From Lama guanicoe (lineage: Eukaryota): DNA of 64,000 nt. Below the pieces are notes generated by a model. It saw nothing but the letters and a program-made list of their open reading frames with translations. It was not told the origin of the DNA and did no database searches. A program made the translations under genes and the position numbers. The stretch is taken from contig MU053823.1 of NCBI GenBank assembly GCA_013239625.1, positions 23,698 through 87,697 on the forward strand. Reading direction: 5' to 3'. Below, in pieces: positions 1 to 11,900 of this stretch (position 1 is its first letter; the number at the start of each line of letters is the position of its first letter).

Positions 1-260
1 GAGCTACAGAGCTCATGAAACTAGCCACCCTCTGCCTCTGGCCTCTCACTCCCTCACCTTTCGAGATTGCCTGCATCCTGTCTATCGAGTGCGTATCTAC
101 TTTTACTTTACCCCCTGCCTCCAACCCCCACCTCATGGCCTCTCTGGCCTCCTGAGATGGCCTACACTCAGTATGTCCACGCAGTGTGCATCTCTCTGAA
201 TAAATGTATTCCTACTCAGTATGCCTCACTCTTGAATTCTTTCCTGTGTGAAGTCAAGGA
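1..260 (+). mobile_element. 3' part of an ERV LTR
   Basis: C/T-rich R region, AATAAA near 198, and GAATTCTTTCCTGTGTGAAGTCAAGGA, a U5 motif typical of ERV1 LTRs. Confidence 0.55.
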
Positions 261-322
261 TTGAACTCAGGACCTCATGCATGCTAAGCATGCGCCCTAC
301 CACTTGCGCTATACCCTCCCCC
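261..322 (-). mobile_element. Vic-1-type SINE, 5' fragment
   Basis: Reverse complement GGGGAGGGTATAGC...GCATGCTTAGCATGCATGAGGTCCTGAGTTCAA. Confidence 0.8.
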
Positions 323-329
323 AGGTCCC

Positions 330-993
330 TGTTTCTGAAATTGCAGGTAATAACAGCAATGTGTTATAAAAACAGTGGCACACAGCAGTGGCACACCTAA
401 CCTGCATGACAGCTGGAAGACAGCTTATTCTGCCACAGCGAGCTTGAGGATATCTATCAGACTAAGTTTAAAAACAAGCCTCTCCAAGAAGTTTGAGGCA
501 ACTGTGTTCTTGGAAACCAGGGGGACACAGACCAGTTGCCAATCAATCTTGTGAATGAAAAATACTGCCTGCTGCGTCAGTAAACAAAGGGAGTTGCAAG
601 CATCAAGCCCTCAGCCACTGCTGCCTCCCCCACGGTGCCCTCCGCAAAGGACACTTAAGATGGGAAGAATGCACACCGGCCCTAGAGAGCTAAGGTGCAC
701 ATCAAAGCAAGGATTTCAAGGAGCGCAGACTTCTGCATCATCCCATCCATAGAAAAGCGCTAAATTCATTAACTTGAGATACCTGGTTTTCTTTCATTCA
801 CAGCAGTCTTTTGCTGTTCTCACTCCCTGGTTGCAAAAACTCCTGCATATCCTGGCTCATCCCCTACCTCTCAGGAGCTGTCCCCCAGAGCTCTCTGAGA
901 GGCTGTGTCCTGGGCTTGAGGTCCTCAGAAAATCCACTGAATAAAACATAATACTCAACTTTCAGGTTGTGAATTTTTTTCTCCAGTCCAACA
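330..993 (+). mobile_element. ERV1 solo LTR (possibly an artiodactyl MER41-like family); 5' boundary approximate
   Basis: AATAAA at 940 and a ...CAGTCCAACA terminus; 640-990 is homologous to the reverse-strand element at 10261-10600. Confidence 0.65.
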
Positions 994-2105
994 CACTCTC
1001 TACTGTGCCTTTCCTAAACCCTTAATCCCAGGTCAGGGGTGGTCCTAAGGAATCTCCCACTGGCCCCCTGAAGTTCTGCAATCTCCCATGTAGAAGGCGT
1101 TGGACACCCAGGCATCTTGAGGAGAAACCATCCAAATTTTTCCAAATTGCTTCTCTAGGCGAGATGCTTACCATGTTGGGGAAGCCAGCGCAATGCCACG
1201 CCTTCGGGCAATCAGAGAGGTCATTTTCTTCTTCCTCTTCCCAGTTCTCCTGGCAGCATTTCCTCCTTCACTGTAACTAAGCACTGGAGCAGGTGTGGTG
1301 GAGTGTAGAATGTTTTGGCGGCCTCCAGGAAGCCGGGACCAATCCTACATCCTGTGCTCCAGGGCTTCCCACTTCACCCTTGTTCAGAGTCCTGCAGGAG
1401 GCAGCTGGATGCAGAAAACAAATGAAGGAAGTGACATTCGGACCAGGGTCCCACCCTGCCAGAGGCGTCGCCCAGTTTTATTTCCTGTGTTTCTTTTCAG
1501 GGGATTTTCACACAGGAGGAAGGCGCCTGAGTGCCTGTGACTGAATGCCTCTGGGACAGGGTTGATTGGCTCCTTTCCAAACTCATCCAAGGACACTCAC
1601 ACCTACCCTGGCTGGGAGCACCTGACTCGGGGCTGGAGGACTAACAGTGGGTCAGGGAGGGCATCCTCTGCTCAGGCTGCCTCCTAAACTTGGTCCCTTC
1701 CTAGCAGAGCCGGGCAAAGTCTGCAGGAGGCTCTGTAGCCTGGAGGTCGCCTTGGCCTCCCTGAGATGGGGACAAGGCTGTGTCTCTTTGCAGTTAAGCC
1801 CGTGTTACCCCAGACTTCTGAGAACAGAGACTCTGGTTCAGGCAAAAATAATAATAAAAAAAAAAACGGTGTTGCTCTGTGGTTTATTCGGGTTGCAGCT
1901 CTCAGGAGGCCCAGATTAGGAAGCGCTTGAATTGTGTTCCCAGGATCCACAGAATTGGGCAAATTTATAAAGGCAAAGAAAACTAAAAGGTTACAAAAGT
2001 TGTTGAGAGCTATGATTGGCGATAAGCTCTGGCAGGGAGTAAAGGTGCGCTGCGTCTTTATACAAGGATTGATTGGGGAGCAAGATATATATATATATAT
2101 GGCAT

Positions 2106-3772
2106 GAAAATTAAAAGGAAATAATCCTAAAATTTATATGGAATCAGAAAAGACCCCGAATTGTCTAAGCAATACTGAAGAAAAAGAATGAAGCTGGAGG
2201 GATAACCCTCCCAGACTTCAGACAATACTACGAAGCTACAGTCATCAAAACAGCATGGTATTGGTACAAAAACAGACATATGGACCAATGGAACAGAACA
2301 GAGAGCCCAGAAATAAACCCACAAACTTTTGGTCAATTAATCTTTGACAAAGGAGGCAAGAACATACATTGGAGTAAAGACAGTCTCTTCGGCAAGTGAT
2401 GCTGGGATAACTGTACAGCGGCATGTAAAGCAGTGAAGTTAGAATGCCTCCTAACACCATACACAAAAATAAACTCAAAATGGCTTAAAGACTTAAACAT
2501 AAGACAAGACACTATAAACCTCTTAGAAGAAAGCATAGGTAAAATACCATTTGACATAAATCTTAGCAATGTTCTCCTAGGGCAATCTACCCAAGCAATA
2601 AAAATAAAAGCAAAAATTAACAAATTGGACCTAATTAAACTTAAAAGGTTTTGCATAACAAAGGAAACCATAAGCAAAACAGACAACCTGGAATGGGAGA
2701 AAACATTTGCAAAGATCAGACTGACAAGGGCTTAATCTTCCAGAATATATAAGCAGATCATACAACTTGATAAGAAAAAAGAAACTCAATCAAAAAATGA
2801 GTAGAAGACTTAAACAAGCAATTCTCCAACGAAGACATACAAATGGCCAATAGGCACATGAAAAAATGTTCAATAGCACTAATTATCAGAGAAATGCAAA
2901 TCAACACTGCAATGAGGTATCACTTCACACCAGTCAGAACGGCCATCATTTGAAAGTCCACAAATGATGAATGCTGGAGAGGCTGTGGAGAAAAGGGAAC
3001 CCTCCTACACTGCTGGTGGGAATGCAGTTTGACGCAGCCACTAAACAGTATGGAGATTCCTCAAAAGACTAGGAATAGACTTACCATATGATCCAGCAAT
3101 CACACTCCTGGGCATATATCCAGAAGGAAACTTAATTCAAAAAAAATAAATAAATAAATGCACTCCAATGTTCATAGCAGAAATATTTACAATAGTCAAA
3201 ACATGGAAACAACCTAAATGTCCATTGACAGATGACTGGATAAAGAAGTTGTGGTATATTTATACAACAGAATACTACTCAGCCATAAAAAATAATAAAA
3301 TAATGCCATTTGCAGCAACATGGATGGCCCTGGAGATCAACATTCTAAGTGAAGTAAGCCAGAAAGAGAAAGAAAAATACCATATGATATCACTCATATG
3401 TGGAATCTAAAAAAAAAAATTTTTTTTAAGACAAACAAATTTTTTGTTATTTGCAAAACAGAAATAACTCACAGACATAGAAAACGGCCTTATGGTTACC
3501 AGGGGGGAGGGGGTGGGAAGGGATAAATTGGGAGTTTGAGATTTTCAGATACTAACTACTATATATAAAATAGATAAACAACAATTTCATACTGTACAGC
3601 ACAGGAAACTGTAACTATATTGCATATCTTGTAGTAATTTATGGTGAAAAAGAATATGAAAACGAATGTATGCATGTGCATGTATGACTGAAGCATTGTG
3701 CTGTACACCAGAAATTGACACAACATTGTAAACTAACTATACTTCAATAAATATATATATATACACAAAAAA
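2106..3772 (+). mobile_element. 5'-truncated LINE-1 (ORF2 C-terminus and 3' UTR), disrupted
   Basis: ORF fragments LTPYTKINSKWLKDLNIR and WKQPKCPLTDDWIKKLWYIYTTEYYSAIK...YHMISLICGI*; G-rich 3' UTR, AATAAA and A-rich tail. Confidence 0.95.
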
Positions 3773-5123
3773 TGGGATAAAGTCACATTAGTTGAAGTTG
3801 ATATTTGTATAAAATAAAAATTGCTGATTATGAAATGCATGTAAGCAAAATGCTATTGAACATAAAATTATGGCCAAGAGCGTATTTGAGACTTACAATG
3901 AAAACAAAACAAAGGGATTCGAAATGATGTGGCTCATGCATGTAACATATATTAACACTTTTCTCCGTATTTTCTTCATATCAAGCTTAAAAAAGAACAA
4001 ATAAAATTTACAATTACAACTAAAGCCCTTTCCTTCTTTCTTCTCACCCAGAGGTAGCATCTAATCTGGGGTTAGTACAGATAACTTGGATGCATGTTTT
4101 TTATGTATTTACTAAAATTACTAAGTGTTTACTACATGTTTATTGACTAAGGACACAGAGAATTATTTTATGTAATTTTCTACTTTGCATGGCATTCAAA
4201 ACTCAAGTCTCTTGGCCTCTTAGTGTAAGACTTTTTGTTGTTTGGGGGGTTTTTTGCTTTAGATAAATTATCTTATCTTCACCATTATTCACAACACTGC
4301 AGCCACCCACACATTACCTGGAAATTTCCCCCACTCTTTTATGACTTTTCTGAAGACCTAGCTTGTACTTTACATTTTTTTTTTGTTGCTAAGTTTGCAT
4401 TGTGTATATGTATTTCATATTTAAATTTTACTTACATGACCCTCCCAATATGGAGTGTAACATAGCAGATGTTTTATGAACACAGACTGAATGACTGTAT
4501 TGGAGTAATCATGTCACTTTGCAAAAGGACTTTGAGAATTTGATTTCTAGCAGCTGCCTTATCTTCCACCTAAATCCTCTATATTTAATAATACAAAAAC
4601 AGTAGGAGAATTGGTCTACTGTAAAAAATAGACCCAAGTCTTAGGCTATAAAAGCCAGTTTTAACAATATCGATATGCATTTTAGTGACTGAACTTCAGG
4701 CAAATGCTGGATAGGACTGCCCACCACTAGCTGACACATCATGCAAATAATTGAATGTTTCTAGAGAGCTATTTGTGGAAAGTATTTCCGGTGCATAAAG
4801 GAAACTGACCTAATTTTGTTTGCAGGGGAAATTTCTGAATGTTAAACACACACACAAAAACCTCTGTGCAGTATCTCTTTTTATCATATTGTTGAAAATG
4901 TTCTGAATATTGGTATAATCCAGTGTGGAATAAGCTAGAGAAAGTACATTTACTGTTTGGAAGGGTTTGTATTCGGTCTTGTATTAATCAGTTGGCTCAG
5001 CTGGGTGTAGAAGCCTTTCATTTTTGCAGTGTGATCTGCTCCCCAGCACAAAGATGAAGCGTGGGATAAGCACGATAAATCCATCACACATTCATCGATT
5101 CCTTAGTGTATATCCATGTAAGA

Positions 5124-5638
5124 TGTTACCAAGTCCAAGGCTGTCCTGCTCACTGCACAACAAGCCAACAAATAAGAGACGAGATGTTGGGGAAAGAAAT
5201 AATAACTTTATCTGGAAAGCCAGCAGACTGAGAAGATGGCAGACTAGTGTCTCAAGAACCATCTTACCTGAATTGGAATTTAGATTTCTTTTATGCAAAA
5301 AGCGGAGGCGGTGTGACTGTTTGTTGCAGACTTCTTTGTGCTGGCCAGACCCCAGAGGCAACATGACAATTCTTTGTTCTTGCAACTGTCAGTGAAGGTC
5401 TGGTTATGACGTTCCTGTAAACTCCAACAGACAAATGTTATTTTCTGTTTTGCACCTTTTAATCTCTATGTAAATGAAAAGTAAAGGTCAAGCCTGGGAG
5501 GTAGAGCCTTGAAAAAAGGCTATTATGTATCTTTCAGACTTTATTATTTTACAAAGGTGCAGAGACAGCATGACTCAGCACAAGGATTAGAGCTAAAGGA
5601 ATAGATCCAATATAGAGTAAAGTTTGTTCTCTGTTATG
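5124..5638 (-). mobile_element. ERV solo LTR, antisense
   Basis: Starts TGTTACC; resembles the element at 19790-20363 (gttggggaaagaaa...agatggcagactagtgtctc...aaccatc). Confidence 0.55.
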
Positions 5639-6429
5639 GTTAGTCTCTGGCATTAGAAAACAATCATATTTCAAGGGGAGGAAGTTCTTTATATATTCTG
5701 GATACTAGCCCCTTATCAGATATATGATTTGCAAATATCTTCTCCCATTTTGTAGCTTGCCTTTTCACTCTGTTGATTGTGTTCTCTTATGCACAAAATT
5801 TTTTAAGCTTGTGCTGTTCCATTTGTCCATTTTTGCTTGTGTTGCCTGTGTTTCCGGTATTGTATCAAAGAAATCATTGCCAAATCCATCATCATGAAGC
5901 TCTTCCTATATGTTTTCTTCCAAGAGTTTTATACTTACAGGTCTTACATTTAGGTCTGTAAGCCATTTTGACTTAATTTTTGTCTATAGTGTAAGATAAG
6001 TGTCCAACTTTATTATTTGGCATGTAGATATCTAGTTTTCCCAACATCCTTTGTTGAAGAGACTGTCAATTACACACTAAGGAGTCTTGGCGCTGCCACT
6101 AAAGATCACATAGCCATGTACATGGAGGTTTATTTCTGGGCTCTCTATTCGATTTCATTGGTCTATTTGTCTGTTTTTATGCCAGCACTACACTGTTTTG
6201 ATTACTGCACTTTGCAGTATGTTTTGAAATCAGAAAGTTGAGTCCTCCAACTTTCTTTTCTTTTCAAAATTGTTTTGTCTAGTTGAGGTTCCCTAGAGAA
6301 TTTTTCTCTATTTCTGAAAAAAAATGCCATTGGGATTTTAATAGGAGTTGCGATGAATCTGCAGATCACTTTGGCTAGTATGCACATCTCTTTCTTTCCT
6401 CTTTTCTTAAGGTTTTTTGTGTGGGAGGG

Positions 6430-6541
6430 ATGTGGGGGTAGTGAGGTTTTTATTTGTTCTTAATGGAGATACTGGTGATTGAACCCAGGACCTCGTGCAT
6501 GCTAAGCATATGCTCTACCACTGAGCTGTACCCTCACTCCT
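6430..6541 (-). mobile_element. Vic-1-type SINE
   Basis: ...GAACCCAGGACCTCGTGCATGCTAAGCATATGCTCTACCACTGAGCTGTACCCTC. Confidence 0.88.
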
Positions 6542-6551
6542 AGCACATTTC

Positions 6552-7215
6552 TTTTTTTAAATTGAGGATAGTTAATGTAAATATTATATAAGTTTCAGGT
6601 ATACAACATAGTGATTCACAATTTTTAAAGGTTATACTCCGTTTATAATTGTTATAAAATATTGGCCATGTTCCCTGTGCTGTACAATGTATCTCTGTAG
6701 CTTATTTATTTTATACACAGTAGTTTGTACCTCTTAATCCCCTATCTCTATCTTGTCCTTCCCCCCTTCCCTCACCCCATTGGTAACCACTAGCTGTTCT
6801 CTATATCTGTGAGTCTGTTTCTTTTTTTGTTATATTCACTAGTTTGTTTTACTTTTTAGATTCCACATACAAGTGATATCATACAGTGTTTGTCTTTCTC
6901 TGTCTGATTTATTTCATTTAGCATAATACCTTCCAAGTCCATTCATGTTGCTGCAAATGGCAAAATGTCATTCTTTTTTATGGCTGAGTAGTGTTCCATT
7001 GGGTGTATATCTATCTATCTCTATATTATATACATATATGTTTGTATGTATATCACATCTTCTTTATTCATTTATCTATTGATACACACTTAGGTTGCTT
7101 CCATATCTTGGCATTTGTAACTAATGCTGCTATAAACATTGGCATGCATCTATCTTTTTGAATGAGTATTTTTCTTTTTTTTTTTTTGAGTGGAATTGTT
7201 GGGCCATATGGCAGT
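6552..7215 (-). mobile_element. LINE-1 3' end nested in the older L1
   Basis: Poly-T, L1 3' UTR and the ORF2 tail (KIWKQPKC); flanked by TSD GCTAGTATGCA(C/T)ATCT. Confidence 0.88.
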
Positions 7216-8639
7216 GCTAGTATGCATATCTTAACAATATTAAGTCTCCCAATCAATGAAAATGGGATGCTTCTTCATTTATTTATATTTTCCTTAATTT
7301 CTTTCAGCAAATTTTTGCAGTTTTCAGTGTACAAGCCTTTCACTTTCTTAATTGGGTTTATTCCTAAGTATTTTATCCTTTTTGATGCTATGCAAATGAA
7401 TTAATTTCTTCATTTCCTTTCCAGCTTATTGTTAGTGTCTAAAAATGCAGCTGACTTCTGTGTATTGACTTTGTATTTTGAAACTTAGCCAAATTCCTTG
7501 GTTAGTCTAGTTTTGTGTATGTGTGTGGAGTCTTTAGTGTTTTCTACATACAAGATTATGTCATCTCTGAACAGAGGTAATTTTGCATTTTTTTCCCAAC
7601 TTAAATGACTTTATCTCTTTTTCTTTCTACAGGATTTGGCTAGGACTTCCGATGCCATGCTGAATAGAAGTAGTGAGAGCAGGTATCCTTGTCTTGTTCT
7701 TGGCCTCAGAGGAAAAGCTTTCAGTCTTTCACCATTGATTATGCTATTAGCTGTGGGCTTTTCATAAATGTTTTTTATTATATTAAAGATAGTTTCCTTC
7801 CATTCCTAGTTTGTTTTGAGTGTTCCTATCATGAAAGGGTGTTCAGTTTTGTCAAGGTTTTTTTCTCCATCAGCTGAGATAATCATGTGGCTTTTGTCTT
7901 TCATTCTATTAATGCGATGTATTACATTGGTGGATTTTCCTGTTAAACAATCCATCTATTCCAGGAATAAATCCATTTGGTCATGATGTAAAATCTTTTC
8001 AATGTTCTGGTGAGTTCAGTTTATTAGTATTTTGTTGAAAATTTTTGTATCAAGATTCATCAGGACAGTTGGTCTATAGTTTTCTTGCAGTGTCTTTGTC
8101 TGCCTTTGATATCAGGATAATGCTGATCTCATAGAGCTTGGAAGCATTCCATCCTCCAGGTTTTTGGAAGAATTTCAGGAGAATTCATGTTAATTTTTCT
8201 TTAACCAATCCCTAATAGTCACGGTCATGCTTCATAACTTGAAATTAAAGTCCAGTGCACGAAAGGCATTATTTTAAGCTAAGAGTAGTCTATTTATCTT
8301 CAATTCTTTGCTTTCTCTGTTTAGCAGCCTTGTCCACATTTACAAGTCTATTTTCCATATCTTGCAACTTTTTTGGAGCACAAATATTGCAGGAAGATTT
8401 TAGAGCTTTTGAAAGGCATCCTGCAGGTTTTTGTATTAGTGTTTATTTTTTACAGGGTTGCATTAAATATTATTCATCTTGATCCCTGAGTTTTGGAAGA
8501 CTTCTTAAATGTACACCCTGGATGAGTACCTCATTTACCTCACGCTGGTCCTGGCACTCAGAGAGGTACTCAAGAAGGATGGTGACAGAGACCACCAACA
8601 AACCTTCCCAAAATTTTCTCAAACAACAGACCAATTAAT

Positions 8640-8847
8640 TAAGAAGAGTAGGCACTTCCTGTCTAAGTATAATGGACACCCAGTAATTTAAAAGTAAAAC
8701 CCACAGCTAGAAGTGTGAGTGGGTAGGTGGTAACATATGAGAGACAAAAACTTTTCAAGACTGGGCACTTCCTTTTGCTGCTCTTGCCTCATAGAACTTG
8801 GAGTTTTTCCTTTCACACAAGTTTAGTGCCACATTCTTCTATTTGCG
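8640..8847 (+). promoter_or_regulatory. KLRB1 proximal promoter / 5' UTR
   Basis: Non-repetitive DNA directly upstream of the ATG, with ETS-like CACTTCCTG (8653) and CACTTCCTT (8767) and T-box-like AAGTGTGA (8711) and TTCACAC (8812); no clear TATA box. Confidence 0.5.
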
Positions 8848-8932
8848 ATGGATGGACAAGTGACATATGCTGATTTAAACTTAACCAGGGATACTGGTCT
8901 TGAACATTCATCACCCCCATCTCTTCCTCAGA
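8848..8932 (+). CDS. KLRB1: KLRB1 exon 1 (cytoplasmic tail with ITIM)
   Basis: [28 protein letters not shown] + 1 nt; donor GTAAGT at 8933. Confidence 0.93.
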
Positions 8933-11900
8933 GTAAGTGTTTTTAGTTTTCCTTTTGGCATTTGTATATCTTCCAGGGTTAGATTTTCCTCTTAAATTTA
9001 TGGCTTTAAATCGGGGCTTTGAAAATGATCAGCAGTCCGATGTTAATATTAAGTAGGTATTGCGTGGTTTGTCTGCAGGTGATCACCCCTGTAGGAAAAA
9101 AGCACAGACCGCCTAGATTTCTCTTTTATCATGTATCAGTGTGAGAAGTGGACAGCACTATTAGTGAGCCTTGTTTAAAAAATCTCGAGGAAATATTTTA
9201 CATGCACGAGCAAAGGAATGTTTTTAGAGACGCGTTACTACCTTGCTGTAATAGTAACCTACCTTACTTCAAATCCCTCTGTGAAATACGGTGATGAAGT
9301 TCCACTGTATTTGCATTCGTAGCATTTCTTTCAGAATACAACGTGTATGCTTAATGGTTAACATTCTCCACTCTCCAGACAGAAGGGGAAAAAAAATGTT
9401 CTGGAAGAAAATTATATTCAAGATCAAAGACTTGAATATAATCACAATCTGATCATTTTTAAATTGAAAAGTGTCACTGTTTAGAAGGAGATAAGCCACA
9501 AGACACAGGAAAATTTCACCGATAAACCGGTTTGATACCTGTTGAAGTTGGCGCTTTTCTGTGTGTCAGAGAAGTTAGCATTCTGAGTAAAATGAATGGG
9601 GATTTCTAATGTGAGGTAACAGATGATGGAGTCCATGGCCTGGGAAAGGATTAAAAGAAACCAGAATGTAGGCAGGAAAAAAATGTATAAAATTATCATG
9701 ACATAGTGTTACCTTCTGAAGTCTAACCAAATTTGCTAACATCAGTAATAGAACATTTTTATCCAAACTGATATTCATTCTGTATTGTCCTTAGCAAGTG
9801 GATTGTATCTTTTTAGGATGCTTTGATATAATTTGAAAGTATTAAATTATTGACGTTCTAAATTGAGAGTTGCAGAGTCTTAGACTTATCAGGTATTTTC
9901 AGATACCCTTCCTCTGGAGGGTAAAGGAAATTGGAGAATTTTGGTAACTGCACTGAGGGTTTGATGAAGCCTCAGTTGTTTTTTGATAGGAAAGAGAAAG
10001 ACTTTCTTTTCTTTATTCAGATCTAGCTCAGTGGGGAGAAGCAAAGATGAGGTTGAAAGGAGACGTCGGAGAATGAACACAGAGAAAAACAGCCAGATTT
10101 TCCTCAAAAGCCATGATCTGTGATCCCAAATCAATGGGTCCAGAAAAATGTGTCTATTCTTATGATAATCGTTATTCCAGAAAACATCATCCCAAAAGTA
10201 AATCTGAAAGAAATGGCAGAATAAAAATTCAGAGCAAAATGTGTGATTAATAAAACAGAAGTCGACTGAAAAAATATGCATCACTGAAAAGTTGAGAATG
10301 ATGTTATCTGATGGCCTTACTGACAATAGCCGAGGTAGGCAACCTCTCAGATACCTCTGAGAAACTGTTCCCAAGAGATCAGGGAGTAACAGGATACATA
10401 GGAGTTTTGGCTGGGGAAAAAAAAAAAAACCACCTGTAGTCAAAATCAAAAGATCACAGCTAATCACAAAAACAGACATCTCAAGTTAATGGTTTGAGGG
10501 CTGGTCTATGTATGGGAAGACGCAAGAGTCTGGGTTTACTGAAATCATTCCTTTGATACACATATAACTATCCAGGGCCAGTGTCCTGTTCTTCTCCATC
10601 CTGAATTCCCCTCCGAGTGCCCCATTGTATGCAGTTGCAGTGGTTGATGGCTTTATGGCTGCAACACCCTTTGTTTACTGAAATGGCAGGTGACGCGCTT
10701 CCTCCGCACACTGATCTGGTATTGCACTTACTGCAAACCTGCTAACCTGTTCAGGCTGTGGAAGCCGTGCAGAATGCTGACCGTATCAAGGGCGATCAGG
10801 AAAGCCAGGCAGAGATGTGAGTTGTGACCTACTTTATGGCCAAGGGTTTGGTCTCTTAGAAAAGTAGATAAAGTCAACAAAATGCCTCTAGAGTTTGCTT
10901 GTTCATCTGAAAATGCGCTCCAGTTCCGTTCCAGGCACATGCCAACCCTGAGGATACAGCAGTGAACAAAGTAGAGGGAAAAAAAATCTTTTCCTTTACT
11001 GAGTTTATGTTATATGCCCAGGAAGACTACGCAAAAGCTAGTAACTAAGTAGTATATATAAAAAGATTAGATGATATTCAATGCAATGGAGAACTTTTTG
11101 TTTTTTAATGGAATTGAGAGTTACTTCTGGCAAGGGTACCATATCGAATAGAATAATCATAGAAGGTCTGCCTGACAAGATGACAGTTGAGTCAAGATCT
11201 GAAAGAATTAAGGGACAAAGGTATGCTTTCTGGAAGAAGAGATCTTTACAAGTTGGACTAGCAAATGCCAGCTCCCTGAGATGAGAACTTGCCTGGCATA
11301 TTGCAGGGGGAGCATGAAGGTTAATGTGAAAAGGCAGAGCACGTCTTATGGAAACCAGTAGGAGATGAAGTTAGAGAAGCAACTGAAACAGGTTAAACAG
11401 GGATTTGTAGACTGATTTATAGGCATATAACTCAGTTCTGCTTGACAGAAAGCCACGGAAATCTTCAGAGCAATGGGGCAAGATGACTTAGCATACTGTT
11501 TATATCGAAACAAAAATAGCCCTAAATGAGCATTTCCAGATAACTAAAGTTTACTTGTCTTTTTCAATTTGGTATTGTAACTCCATTAACTCTAATCTCG
11601 CACAGAGCAGCAGACAGTCTTAGCACAGGAAAGCAGAGCTCCCAAGCACAGGACCCTCCACTCAGTTCTTTCCATTTTAGCTGAACAGTTACTATGTACC
11701 AGACACCATGTCTAGAAGAACTATTTCACGTAATCCTTTCCAAAATTGTATGGCATAGAATCTATTCACAGCTGAGGAAATTGGTAGTTTATGAAGGTTA
11801 CATTGCCCAAAGCATCGTGCTCAAACACAAACCCGCTCCATCTGAGAGCCTCCGTTCTTAACCCCTGCTGTTCCTCAGTGATAAACGTTAACGTCGTGAC

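Larger units (their letters stand above)
5680..8205 (-). mobile_element. Older LINE-1 ORF2 fragment with nested insertions
   Basis: Reverse-strand ORF2-like peptides (ICRFIATPIKIPMAFF, IGRLNIVKI); interrupted at 6390-7215. Confidence 0.88.

Noticed and set aside
2106..3772. Active LINE-1
   Set aside because: 5'-truncated, with multiple stops and frameshifts in ORF2.
9889..10479. 196-aa minus-strand ORF
   Set aside because: Starts inside an LTR and runs into A/T-rich intron; Phe/Leu-biased with no recognisable domain.
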